Of a stretch of DNA of 64,000 nt, positions 1 through 8,642 are shown one piece after another. The translations under genes and the position numbers were made by a program. The notes under the pieces were generated by a model. It worked only from the letters and a program-made list of their open reading frames with translations. It was not told where the DNA came from and ran no database searches. The DNA is taken from contig DATHEA010000005.1 in NCBI GenBank assembly GCA_035318745.1, positions 88,090-152,089 of the forward strand, read 5' to 3'. Position 1 is the first letter of the stretch. Every line of letters starts with the position of its first letter. Origin of the DNA: Solirubrobacterales bacterium. GTDB lineage: Bacteria; Actinomycetota; Thermoleophilia; Solirubrobacterales; 70-9.

Positions 1-3
1 AAG

Positions 4-110
4 GCAAGAACCAGGCGTCCCCTCTGCCGGAACCCGCCGACGAACCTGGTGCGAGGGCTCGTTTCCCAGCGGGCTCACAAGTTCCTGCAGAGGGGACGCC
101 TGGTTCTTGC
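4..110 (+). repeat. Family-1 structured palindromic intergenic element, copy A
   Basis: 4-27 gcaagaaccaggcgtcccctctgc is the exact reverse complement of 87-110. The arms enclose the core cggaacccgc...gcgggctcacaagttcc, shared with copies at 1321, 21999, 22963, 30884 and 31441. Confidence 0.85.
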
Positions 111-125
111 GCTAGATTTCGCTCC

Positions 126-383
126 ATGAGTCTTCCCTCGCGCAAACGTCGTGCTGTTGCTGCACTGTTCGCGGCGCTGATGATGTTGCTGCTTGCGGTT
201 CCAGCTGCATTTGCTGAGAACGGGGTTGGGCTTGCCGGGCCTACCACCGACAAGACGGTGACCTTCTTCTGCTTTGGCGTCATTGCCTTCTTCGCGATCC
301 TGGTCATCGTCATGTCGCTGATTCAGGGCCGGCTGGAGAAGCGCAAGGAAATGCGCAAGCACACCCTAGATCGCCTGTCCTGA
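126..383 (+). CDS. small hypothetical membrane protein (signal peptide plus one TM helix)
   Basis: 85-aa ORF. N-terminal AALFAALMMLLLAVPAAFA|ENG looks like a signal peptide and FFCFGVIAFFAILVIVMSLI like a TM helix. No family recognised. Confidence 0.4.
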   Translation: MSLPSRKRRAVAALFAALMMLLLAVPAAFAENGVGLAGPTTDKTVTFFCFGVIAFFAILVIVMSLIQGRLEKRKEMRKHTLDRLS

Positions 384-457
384 CGGTCGCCAGGCAAGGA
401 CGCAGGGAGCGTGGCGTGCTCTGCACGCGAGCGACCGAGGACGCCGCATGGCGGCTG

Positions 458-1306
458 TTAGGACAGGCGGAAGCCGGTCAATAGGCGTTTCTCGGTCTCC
501 CCCTCGATCTTGGCGGCGACTTCGACGCGGCCCTCCAGCGGAGTTCCGCGGATCTTGGTCGCGAGCAGGTCGTCGACCTGGAAGATCCCGGCCGAGTTGT
601 TGAGCTCGATCTCGATCCTCACCGGCCGCTCCTCCCCCGCTTCGATCCGCACCTCGTCGACGGCAGCAGCGGAGATCGAGTGGATCCCCTCCTGGCCCGC
701 CTCCAGCGGGATCCGGGTCCGCCCCTGCGCCATGTCAAGGGCGTCGGCGACCCTGACGACGCCGGCCTCGAGCGTGTAGGGCTCGCCGCGACGGCGGTGG
801 CCGATGATCGCGTGCAGGATCTCCGCCGCGACGATCGTCCGCTTCGGCTCCTTGTATGAGCCCGCAAGCAGCCTCTCCAAAGCGCCGTCGGCCAAGAACA
901 AGCTGTACGCCTCATGGTCGGCTCGGTGAATCGACATGCCTACGTCGTGCAGCAGCGCCCCGCCGGCCACCACGACCTCGGCATCACGAGCCGACATCCC
1001 ATGATCGACAATGACAGCCGGCTCAACCCCACCCTTGACCAGCAATCGCAGCAGGCGCAGGGCGATGTTCAGGACGATCTGCGTATGGACCCACGAGTGG
1101 TCCGACATGCCAAGCCGTTCGGCATGGACCTGCGCCATGTACCACCAGGTCCGAACCTGCTCGTCGCCGTTGACCGCATCCAGGAACTGCTCCAGCTTCC
1201 GATTCCCTCGCGTAGGAGCCCGCACTTTCGCCTCCGCTATCGCCTCTTCCGGAAGCTTTCGAGTCGGCCCCGTCGGATCCGGTGCGGGCACTGCCTCGTC
1301 ACTCAT
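458..1306 (-). CDS. HD-domain metal-dependent phosphohydrolase
   Basis: 282-aa ORF with H...HD signature (SWVHTQIV ... GGALLHDVGMSIHRADHE). The antisense ORFs overlapping it are low-complexity. Confidence 0.6.
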   Translation of the reverse strand: MSDEAVPAPDPTGPTRKLPEEAIAEAKVRAPTRGNRKLEQFLDAVNGDEQVRTWWYMAQVHAERLGMSDHSWVHTQIVLNIALRLLRLLVKGGVEPAVIVDHGMSARDAEVVVAGGALLHDVGMSIHRADHEAYSLFLADGALERLLAGSYKEPKRTIVAAEILHAIIGHRRRGEPYTLEAGVVRVADALDMAQGRTRIPLEAGQEGIHSISAAAVDEVRIEAGEERPVRIEIELNNSAGIFQVDDLLATKIRGTPLEGRVEVAAKIEGETEKRLLTGFRLS

Positions 1307-1320
1307 GGCGTCATCGTAGA

Positions 1321-1423
1321 AAGGCCACCGGGTGTCCCCCCGGCGGAACCCGCGTCGAATCGCTCGCGAGGGCGCAGATCCCGCCGGCTCACAAGTTCCG
1401 GCGGGGGGACACCCGGTGGCCTT
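1321..1423 (+). repeat. Family-1 structured palindromic intergenic element, copy B
   Basis: aaggccaccgggtgtcccccc (1321-1341) is the exact reverse complement of 1403-1423. Core is ggaacccgcg...gccggctcacaagttcc. Confidence 0.85.
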
Positions 1424-1458
1424 CCCGGGAGCACCTGCGCTCCTCCGCTAGCTGACGA

Positions 1459-1944
1459 TCAGCCGCAGATCGGCCAGGGACTGGAACCCGACTGCGCATA
1501 GAGCAGGGCGGCGCGATAGTCCTGCTCGGCTTCGAGAGCAGCGGCGGGATCGCCGGAGCCGCCGATCGATTCCCAGGTTCCGTAGTCAAACTGGTACTTG
1601 CCGCGGTAGCTGCCGTCGGAGGAGACGGCCGTCGGGTCGCCGCCAGACTCGCAGGCGCCAATCGCGTCGAGGGTCGCTTGCGAGACGCCGCCCGGCAGGG
1701 TTGCGAAGGCTTCGCGCTGTTCGCGGCGGGCTTTCGCGCGGCGGGCTGCTTGGATGCGGTGAGCTGCTTTCCGCATCTCGGCCCGCAGGCTCTTGCCGAA
1801 ACTGAACAAGGGCAAAGCCGGCTTCGCATCGGCCAAGCCGATCCGGGCAGGGACCGCCTCTCCGCTCGGAGCTGCGATCGCCGCGGCCGGCACGGCGAGA
1901 GCGATTGAAAGGACGGCTATGGAATATGTGCGTTTTGTGAGCAA
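1459..1944 (-). CDS. secreted Rpf-like transglycosylase-domain protein
   Basis: Signal peptide SIAVLSIALAVPAAAIA. C-terminal CESGGDPTAVSSDGSYRGKYQFDYGTWESIGGSG...SPWPICG matches the resuscitation-promoting-factor transglycosylase-like domain pattern (CESGG...GLQF..TW...GG...WP.C). TTG start. Confidence 0.7.
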   Translation of the reverse strand: MLTKRTYSIAVLSIALAVPAAAIAAPSGEAVPARIGLADAKPALPLFSFGKSLRAEMRKAAHRIQAARRAKARREQREAFATLPGGVSQATLDAIGACESGGDPTAVSSDGSYRGKYQFDYGTWESIGGSGDPAAALEAEQDYRAALLYAQSGSSPWPICG

Positions 1945-2009
1945 GCGCGGAACCGTGGCGAGGTTCCGGGCGGCGTAGGGTGATCGCGCTCACAGAGCTC
2001 ACATAGTGC

Positions 2010-2954
2010 GTGCGGTTCCGCACCAGCGCAGGCGTGAATCGCAAGTCCCAGCTTCGATCGTTGAAAGCGATCCTGCGGGAAAACCCGCATCATTCCGCCA
2101 TCTCCGGCCAGCCCCCCACCTCGCGCCTGCTGCTCGCCTGCCCCGACCAGCCCGGTCTCATCGCCGCCGTCAGCGGCTTCCTCGCCGACGCCGGTCGCAA
2201 CATCGTCGACGCCGACCAGCACTCGAGCCACGAGGGACGTTTCTTCATGCGAATGGCCTTCGACCCCGCCCCCGAGGGCGAGCTGGAGGCGCTCTACCGT
2301 CGCTTCGAGAAGGAGATCGCGGAGCCTCTGCAGATGGACCACCACTTCGCCGAGTCGAGCGAACGCAAGCGCGTGGCGATCATGGTCTCGCGCGAAGACC
2401 ACTGCCTCTCCGACCTGCTCTGGCGCTGGCGCAGCGGCGAGCTGGGCGCTGAGATCGTCGCGGTCGTATCCAACCACTCCGACCACGCCGACCAGGTCAC
2501 CTCGCTCGGCCTCCCCTTCCATTACGTGCCGGTTGCCGGGGGCGAGAGGGGCGCGGCGGAGGAGCAGATCCTGGAGCTGCTCGCCGGCGAGATCGATCTG
2601 CTCGTCCTCGCCCGCTACATGCAGATCCTCTCCGCCGACTTCCTCGCCCGGGTCGCGGCGCCGGCGATCAACATCCACCACAGCTTCCTGCCCGCCTTCA
2701 TCGGCGCCGATCCCTACGCCCGCGCCCACGAGCGCGGCGTCAAGCTGATCGGCGCCACCGCCCACTACGTCACCGAGGAGCTCGACGCGGGCCCGATCAT
2801 CGATCAGGACGTGACCCGGGTCAGCCACCGCGACGAGATCGACGACCTGATGCGGATCGGTCGCGACATCGAGCGCCTCGTCCTCGCGCGGGCGGTGAAC
2901 GCCCACCTCGACGATCGCGTACTGCTCGACGGAGATCGAACCATCGTCTTCTGA
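2010..2954 (+). CDS. purU: formyltetrahydrofolate deformylase
   Basis: ACT-like N-terminus LLLACPDQPGLIAAVSGFLA, then the formyltransferase core INIHHSFLPAFIGADPYARAHERGVKLIGATAHYVTEELDAGPII, collinear with E. coli PurU. The real start may be the in-frame TTG at 2061 (the GTG at 2010 adds about 17 extra residues). Confidence 0.85.
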   Translation: MRFRTSAGVNRKSQLRSLKAILRENPHHSAISGQPPTSRLLLACPDQPGLIAAVSGFLADAGRNIVDADQHSSHEGRFFMRMAFDPAPEGELEALYRRFEKEIAEPLQMDHHFAESSERKRVAIMVSREDHCLSDLLWRWRSGELGAEIVAVVSNHSDHADQVTSLGLPFHYVPVAGGERGAAEEQILELLAGEIDLLVLARYMQILSADFLARVAAPAINIHHSFLPAFIGADPYARAHERGVKLIGATAHYVTEELDAGPIIDQDVTRVSHRDEIDDLMRIGRDIERLVLARAVNAHLDDRVLLDGDRTIVF

Positions 2955-2997
2955 CCTTCCTGGCTGACTAGCCAGTTTTCGCGTAAGGTGCGCTCCG

Positions 2998-4374
2998 ATG
3001 GAGCAGGCGACGATCTCCCGTCCCCCGGCAGCAATGGCGCCAGCGCGCTTCCCACCCGGCACCAGGCTCCCCGCCTTCGCCCAGGTCGGCCTCTACGCGC
3101 GCGACCCGCTCGGCTTTCTGATCCGCTTCCAGCGCCGCTACGGCGACATCTTCACCATTTCCTTTCCGTTCTACCGGCGACTCGTCTACGTTGCCGAGCC
3201 GGCGCTGGTCAAAGAGCTCTTTACGACCTCTCCGGAGCAGGCACACGCCGGCGAGGCGAACGCAACCGTGCTCGAGCCGGCGCTCGGCCCGAATTCGGTC
3301 CTCACCCTCGACGAGGCGCCCCATATGCGCCAGCGCAAGCTGCTGCTTCCGCCCTTCCATGGCGAGCGGATCGAGCGCTACGGCGAGCTGATCCGCGAGA
3401 CGACCCTGCGCGAGATGGAGAGCTGGCCGGTCGACGAGCCGTTCGCGTTGCGCCCCCATACTCAGCGGATCACGCTGGCGGTGATCATGCGCGCCGTCTT
3501 CGGCGTCCACGACGAGGAGCGACTGCGCCGTTTCGAGCACCTGATCGAGAACTTCGCCGGGCGGCTGAGCCTGGTCACCGCGCTGCCGCCGCTACGCCGC
3601 GACTTCGGCCGCTGGAGCCCCTGGGCACGCTTCCTCGCGGCCCGCGAAGCGCTCGACGCCTTCGTCTACGAGGAGATCGCCTTGCGCCGGGCCGAGCTGG
3701 CCGGCGGCGGAGCGGAGGCCGACGATGTCCTCTCGCTGCTGATGGAAGCCCGCCACGACGACGGCAGCCCGATGAGCGATGCCGAACTGCGCGACGAGCT
3801 GGTGACGATCCTCGGCGCCGGACACGAGACCACGGCCACCGGCCTCGCTTGGGCGATGGAGCGCCTGCTGCGTAACCCGCGGGTGCTCGCCAAGCTGCGC
3901 GATTCGCTCGGCGCCGGCGACGAGTACCTCGACGCGACGATCAAGGAGACGCTGCGGACGCGTCCGGTGATCGTCGACGTGGCACGCAAGCTGACCGCGC
4001 CGAAGTCGATCGGCGGCTACGAGCTCCCGGCCGGGACCTTCGTGATGGCGGCGATCGCCGCCCTGCACTACCGCGAGGACCTCTTCCCCAGCCCGGAGGA
4101 GTTCCGCCCCGAGCGCTTTCTCGAGGGCAAGGCGGACACCTACGCCTGGATCCCGTTCGGCGGCGGCGTGCGGCGCTGCATCGGCGCCGCCTTCGCCGAA
4201 TACGAGATGCGGATCGTCCTGCGCGCGATCCTCGAGCGGGCCGAGCTCAGCGCCCCCGATCCGAAGCCGGAAAAGGTAAAGGTCCGCAACATCACCCTCG
4301 CCCCCGGCAAGGGAACGCTGGTCAGCCTGGCTCAGCCCTCCACCTCGGTTTCGGCTGCCTCCCACTGCTCGTAG
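2998..4374 (+). CDS. cytochrome P450
   Basis: Heme-binding loop FGGGVRRCIGAAFAEYEM, I-helix AGHETTA and ExxR (ETLR). 458 aa. Confidence 0.9.
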   Translation: MEQATISRPPAAMAPARFPPGTRLPAFAQVGLYARDPLGFLIRFQRRYGDIFTISFPFYRRLVYVAEPALVKELFTTSPEQAHAGEANATVLEPALGPNSVLTLDEAPHMRQRKLLLPPFHGERIERYGELIRETTLREMESWPVDEPFALRPHTQRITLAVIMRAVFGVHDEERLRRFEHLIENFAGRLSLVTALPPLRRDFGRWSPWARFLAAREALDAFVYEEIALRRAELAGGGAEADDVLSLLMEARHDDGSPMSDAELRDELVTILGAGHETTATGLAWAMERLLRNPRVLAKLRDSLGAGDEYLDATIKETLRTRPVIVDVARKLTAPKSIGGYELPAGTFVMAAIAALHYREDLFPSPEEFRPERFLEGKADTYAWIPFGGGVRRCIGAAFAEYEMRIVLRAILERAELSAPDPKPEKVKVRNITLAPGKGTLVSLAQPSTSVSAASHCS

Positions 4375-6224
4375 AGCTCGACGACCGCCTGCTTCGCCGC
4401 GGCGTGCCGCGCTTCGGCCCGCTCAGCCCGGCCAGGACTCGACCAGGCTTCAGGGTCGGCAAGCTCCCCCTCCAGCTCGCGCAGCTCGGCCTCCGCCTGC
4501 TCGATCCGCTCGGCGAGGCGGCCCGCTTTGCGCGCCGCTTTCTTCGCCGCGCGGCCGGCGTTGCGGTTGGTGGCCACGGGGGGAGGCTTGGTTGCCTGCG
4601 CTGTTGCCTCGGTGGCGGCTTCCTGTTCGTCGCGCTCTCGCTGGTAGGTGGCCCAACCCGTCGGGTGGCTGCGCAGCGCACCGTCCTCGCAGACGAGGGT
4701 ACGGGTGCCGACGGCCTCCAGCAGAGCGCGGTCGTGGGAGACGAGGACCACCGCCCCCTCGAATGCCGAGAGAGCGTCCTCGAGCGCCTCGCGGCTCTCG
4801 ATGTCGAGGTGGTTGGTGGGCTCGTCGAGGATCAGCACGTTGGCGCCGGAGGCGACCAGGATCGCCAGCGAGAGGCGCCGCTGCTCACCGCCGGAGATAT
4901 CGCCGAGCTGCTTCTGCGCATCGGCGCCGGAGAAGAGGAAGTTGCCGAGCAGGTCGCGTGCCTTCTGACCGCTGAGGCCGGTCTGGCGCTGCGCCGCGTC
5001 GAGCACGGTCCCCTCCCCCGCCGCCGTGTCGGCGTGCTGGGAGAGGTAGCCGACCTTGACGTTGTGGCCGAGCCGCACCGAGCCGGCGACAAGCTCGCGA
5101 CGCTCGGCGAGGGTCTCGATCAGGGTCGTCTTGCCGGCGCCGTTGGGGCCGACGAGGACGACGTGCTCGCCGCGCTCGATTTCGAGCCGGGCGTCGGCGA
5201 GCAGGATCCGGCCCGGCACCTCGATCCGCGCCCCGACGAGCTTGAGCACGATCCGGCCGGGCCGCTCGGGCTGGACGAAGGAGAAGCGCAGGTTGCGGCG
5301 GTCGCGCTGCTCCGCCTCGGCCCCGTCACGCTTGATCTTGTCGATCTGCTTCAACCGCGACTGCGCCTGCCGCGCCTTCGTCGCCTTGTAGCGGAAGCGC
5401 TCGACGAAGCGCTCCATGCGCTCGATCTCGGCCTCCTGGCGCTCGATCGCCTTGCCGCGTGCGATCTCGCGGGCCGCCTGCTCCTTGCGCCAGGCGTGCC
5501 AGGGGCCGGCGAAGAAGCGTGCCCGCTTTGCCTCAAGCTCCAGCACCGAGGTGCCGACCGCCTCGAGGAACCAGCGGTCGTGGGCGACGAGGACGACGGC
5601 GGCATCGAGGTCGCGCAAGTAGCGCTCCAGCCACTCCAGCGAGGGGATGTCGAGGTGATTGGTCGGCTCGTCGAGAAGCAGCAGGTCGGGCCGGGTCGCC
5701 AGCGCCCGCGCCAGCGAGGCCCGGGTCAGCTCGCCACCGGAGAACGTCGCCAGGGAGCGCCCGGCCTCCTCGCCGTCGAAGCCGAGGCCGCGCAGCACCG
5801 ATAGGACGCCGTCGCGCCAACGGTAGCCGCCGCCGTGCTCGAGGCGCTGCTGGGCGGAGGCGTAGGCATCCAGTGTCCCCTCGCCGGTTTCTCCGGCCGA
5901 CATCGCCGCCTCCAGGCGCTGGAGCTCCGCCTCCGTCTCCAGCATCTCGGTACGGCCGGAGAAGACGTACTCGCCGAGCGAGGTCTCTGTTTCGCGCGGC
6001 GGGCGCTGGTCGTGCAGGGCGACGCGAGCGCCTTTCTGCAAGACCAGGCTGCCCGCGTCCGGCGCGAGCTCGCCTGCCAGCATGCGCAGCAGGGTCGACT
6101 TGCCCGCGCCGTTGCGACCGGAGAGGGTCATCCGCTCGCGCGGCTCGAGCTTGAACGAGACACCTTCGAACAGCAGCTTGCCGCCCATGTGGACGTCGAG
6201 GGAGGTTGCGGTGGCGATCGCCAT
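4332..6224 (-). CDS. ABC-F family ATPase (two ABC cassettes, Uup/EttA-like, C-terminal coiled coil)
   Basis: Two Walker A motifs (GRNGAGKST, GPNGAGKTT), two signatures (FSGGELTRASL, ISGGEQRRLSL), no TM segments. Its 3-prime end overlaps the P450 3-prime end by 43 nt (convergent). Confidence 0.9.
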   Translation of the reverse strand: MAIATATSLDVHMGGKLLFEGVSFKLEPRERMTLSGRNGAGKSTLLRMLAGELAPDAGSLVLQKGARVALHDQRPPRETETSLGEYVFSGRTEMLETEAELQRLEAAMSAGETGEGTLDAYASAQQRLEHGGGYRWRDGVLSVLRGLGFDGEEAGRSLATFSGGELTRASLARALATRPDLLLLDEPTNHLDIPSLEWLERYLRDLDAAVVLVAHDRWFLEAVGTSVLELEAKRARFFAGPWHAWRKEQAAREIARGKAIERQEAEIERMERFVERFRYKATKARQAQSRLKQIDKIKRDGAEAEQRDRRNLRFSFVQPERPGRIVLKLVGARIEVPGRILLADARLEIERGEHVVLVGPNGAGKTTLIETLAERRELVAGSVRLGHNVKVGYLSQHADTAAGEGTVLDAAQRQTGLSGQKARDLLGNFLFSGADAQKQLGDISGGEQRRLSLAILVASGANVLILDEPTNHLDIESREALEDALSAFEGAVVLVSHDRALLEAVGTRTLVCEDGALRSHPTGWATYQRERDEQEAATEATAQATKPPPVATNRNAGRAAKKAARKAGRLAERIEQAEAELRELEGELADPEAWSSPGRAERAEARHAAAKQAVVELYEQWEAAETEVEG

Positions 6225-6253
6225 CGGCGTCTACGTTACGAGAGTCGGCTTGG

Positions 6254-6366
6254 AGCCCACCCCGGCAGAGCTTCCACTTAACTTTTTCGGTGTGTCGCTT
6301 GCGTGCTGGCGCCCGGAGGCCTCGACGAAAAAGTACAAGACGTTTCAGCCCTACCGGGGTGGGCTC
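6254..6366 (+). repeat. Family-2 structured palindromic intergenic element, copy 1
   Basis: gagcccaccccgg (6254-6266) is the exact reverse complement of 6354-6366. The inner A/T-rich stem actttttcg/cgaaaaagt and the core ttccacttaactttttcggtg...cgacgaaaaagtacaagacgtt recur, inverted, at 27894-28009. Confidence 0.8.
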
Positions 6367-7056
6367 TCACGTAAGCAGGGTGATGACACTGCGGGCGATC
6401 ATTAGGAGGCCTAGGGTTGCGGCGATTCGTATGCCCCAGATGCGGCCGCGTTCGCTCAGCTTGGCCTTGAAGCGCTCAATCGCCTTCGGGGTCCAATCCG
6501 GGGCGAAGGTGTAGGCGAGCAGCGGGATCTCGAGCAGCATCAGCATGATCGCGTTGAAGGCGAGAACGGTGAGGACGGTGAGTGGGTCGGAGATGTTCTC
6601 GTCGGAGATCCGGTAGAGGGCGGTGATGTAGGTGGCGCCCGGCAGGGTGAGCAACGCGCCGACGACGAAGGTGGTCCGGGCCGAGCCGCGGCCGAGGGCT
6701 TGCTGCCAGCGTGGCGGGCCCGTCTTCTCCTTGCCCTTGGCCGCTTTGCGCTCGCGGCGGCGCTCGACCAGCTTCCGATCGCGCCCCGAACGCAGCACGA
6801 AGGCGATCGCGAGCGCCAGGCAACCGAGGGCGATGTCCTCACCGGGCCCGAGCGTCGCCTGCGTCGTCTTCGTCAAGCCCGCGTGGCGCAGGGTGAGGAC
6901 GACGATGAGGCCGAGCGTGACGCTGGTCATCGCAGCGCCGCCCAGGTAGCCGAGCAGCAGCCGCTTGGGGTGCGGCAGCAGCAGCATCACCGTCGTCGCC
7001 GCAAGCAACGTTGGGTAGAGCGCAGCGAGGAATGCAAGGAGGAAGACATCGCCCAC
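6367..7056 (-). CDS. polytopic membrane protein (GAP/LysE-like fold suspected)
   Basis: 229 aa with about 6 hydrophobic helices and a basic central loop RRRERKAAKGKEKTGPPRW. The family assignment is only by resemblance. Confidence 0.45.
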   Translation of the reverse strand: MGDVFLLAFLAALYPTLLAATTVMLLLPHPKRLLLGYLGGAAMTSVTLGLIVVLTLRHAGLTKTTQATLGPGEDIALGCLALAIAFVLRSGRDRKLVERRRERKAAKGKEKTGPPRWQQALGRGSARTTFVVGALLTLPGATYITALYRISDENISDPLTVLTVLAFNAIMLMLLEIPLLAYTFAPDWTPKAIERFKAKLSERGRIWGIRIAATLGLLMIARSVITLLT

Positions 7057-7095
7057 GGGATGAACCTACTGTGCTGACACGCGTACCCTCAGGCG

Positions 7096-7605
7096 ATGGA
7101 CCGCGAGAGACTCAAAGCCACCCAGGCGCCGCTCAAGCAGCGCTACGAGCAGGAGCCCGAGGCGGCCATGGTCACGCTGAAGGCGAGCGGCAGCCTCGGC
7201 GACGGCATCTCCTGCTCGGTCGACACCGGCCGGGCCCTCGCCGAGGCGGGCCTGCACCCCGCCTCGGGTGGCGACGGCACCCTGCTCTGCTCGGGCGACA
7301 TGCTGCTCGAGGCTCTGGTCGCCTGCGCCGGCGTGACCCTGCGCGCAGTCGCCACCTCGCTCGGGATCTCGGTCGAGTCGGGCAGCGTCCGTGCCGAGGG
7401 CGAGCTCGACTTCCGCGGCACCCTGGCCGTCGACCGCGACGCCCCGGTCGGCTTCCGCACGATCCGCCTCGACTTCGATCTCGACACCGACGCAGGCGAG
7501 GAAGCTCTCGCAACCTTGCTGAAGCTGACCGAGCGTTATTGCGTCGTCTTCCAGACCCTCAGCACCCCACCCCAGCTTTCGGCGTCAATCGCAAGGAAGT
7601 CGTAG
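7096..7605 (+). CDS. OsmC family peroxiredoxin-like protein
   Basis: 169 aa. GGDGTLLCSGDMLLEALVACAGVT and C-terminal TERYCVVFQTL are typical of the OsmC/Ohr fold with two Cys. Confidence 0.75.
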   Translation: MDRERLKATQAPLKQRYEQEPEAAMVTLKASGSLGDGISCSVDTGRALAEAGLHPASGGDGTLLCSGDMLLEALVACAGVTLRAVATSLGISVESGSVRAEGELDFRGTLAVDRDAPVGFRTIRLDFDLDTDAGEEALATLLKLTERYCVVFQTLSTPPQLSASIARKS

Positions 7606-7653
7606 CGAAGAATTTTCATTTGGCGCGCCACTCGTGCGTCGCCGAGGCCTACG

Positions 7654-7896
7654 GTGGCTTCCATGGCTCCGGTCGACCCGAGTCCCGCGAGAGAGATCCT
7701 TGAAGCGTTCATTGCCGCCTTTTCTGTCCTCGGCGGAGGCATGGCGTACGGCAGTGGCTTCCGGGCGGCCCAAGCCCTCTCCCAAGACAACCCCCCGGAG
7801 GTCGTGTCCCATAGCGTCAACGAAGGGATCGGAGCCGGGTTCGAAACGTTTTTGCCTCTGTCGGTCATCGCACTTATCATCATGGTGTGGAGTTGA
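7654..7896 (+). CDS. hypothetical small membrane protein
   Basis: 80-aa ORF with hydrophobic segments and no recognised family. Coding status is uncertain. Confidence 0.3.
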   Translation: MASMAPVDPSPAREILEAFIAAFSVLGGGMAYGSGFRAAQALSQDNPPEVVSHSVNEGIGAGFETFLPLSVIALIIMVWS

Positions 7897-8084
7897 TGGA
7901 ACGACTTGCACTGGCCCGGCACGGCGCGTTCGGCGCTGGCATGGTGATGGCCGTGATCGTCGCCATTGCGGTTTTTGTCTTTGGCGCTCCGGCCTGGATC
8001 CTGGTGCCGGTGGGCTGGGCAGGCGCAACGCTCTATATGGAGTTGCGTCTGCGGGCAATGCGTAACCTCGGCCATCGCGGATAG
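7887..8084 (+). CDS. hypothetical small membrane protein
   Basis: 65-aa ORF with two hydrophobic helices (GAGMVMAVIVAIAVFVFGAPAWILVPVGWAGA). It overlaps the previous ORF by 10 nt. No recognised family. Confidence 0.3.
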   Translation: MELMERLALARHGAFGAGMVMAVIVAIAVFVFGAPAWILVPVGWAGATLYMELRLRAMRNLGHRG

Positions 8085-8096
8085 GGCCCCGAACGA

Positions 8097-8636
8097 TTAA
8101 CCGAAATGTTTCGCGGCGATCTGGTTGATCGTGCCCTTGGTTCTGATCGTCATCGACCCGAGGATTGTGGCGAGGGCCTTGAGGTCGAGCTCGGAGTCCG
8201 ACATGCGTCCCTGCGGCAGCCAGTAGAGCTCGCGACCTTCCACCGCCAGGCGGTCGGCCTCGGTTGAGAGGGCGCTCGCCCTCTCAACCGCCTCCCCCGC
8301 CGGCTTCTTCGTCAACAGCGCGATCTGAAGCTTGCCGGCTGAGGCGTCGAGAGCCTTCGCCTCGAATGGCTCGTGCGCGGCGACCGCGAGCAATTCCTTC
8401 GCCGAGCGCAGGAAGACCGGCACCTCATAGCCGAGCGCGTCGGCGAGGCCGTCTTCGAGTCTTACGGTCAGCTTCGCCGGCGACTTACCGTCCACCGCGA
8501 AGATCACGTTTCCGCTGGCGCGGAAGGTGGCGACCTCCTTGCACTTCAGCGCCTCGAAATGCGAGCGCAGGTCGTCGTTGGTGATCCGACGGCCACCCAG
8601 GTTCATTCCCCTCAAAAAGGCGACATACCGGTTCAT
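8097..8636 (-). CDS. DUF1697 family protein
   Basis: N-terminus MNRYVAFLRGMNLGGRRITNDDLR...FRASGNVIF is the characteristic DUF1697 signature. Confidence 0.75.
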   Translation of the reverse strand: MNRYVAFLRGMNLGGRRITNDDLRSHFEALKCKEVATFRASGNVIFAVDGKSPAKLTVRLEDGLADALGYEVPVFLRSAKELLAVAAHEPFEAKALDASAGKLQIALLTKKPAGEAVERASALSTEADRLAVEGRELYWLPQGRMSDSELDLKALATILGSMTIRTKGTINQIAAKHFG

Positions 8637-8642
8637 GCTCGA

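Noticed and set aside
383-458. A bidirectional terminator hairpin between convergent genes (ggtcgc...gcgtg-ctctg-cacgc...gcgacc).
   Set aside because: The stems are short and interrupted and there is no U-tract. It is not distinguishable from chance in GC-rich DNA.
1945-2060. A ZTP (pfl) riboswitch upstream of purU, suggested by a CCGGGCGG string and the folate-gene context.
   Set aside because: The diagnostic 3-prime CCGCCUGGGC pseudoknot partner and the GGGUCGUGAC P1 sequence are absent. The CCGGGCGG belongs to a degenerate Family-1 core.
6367-8642. A genomic island integrated at the ssrA 3-prime end (small odd ORFs, DUF1697, OsmC).
   Set aside because: There is no integrase, I could find no direct repeat of the ssrA 3-prime end, and the genes are ordinary stress or unknown-function genes. 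Only the 7.6-8.1 kb stretch looks compositionally slightly different by eye.
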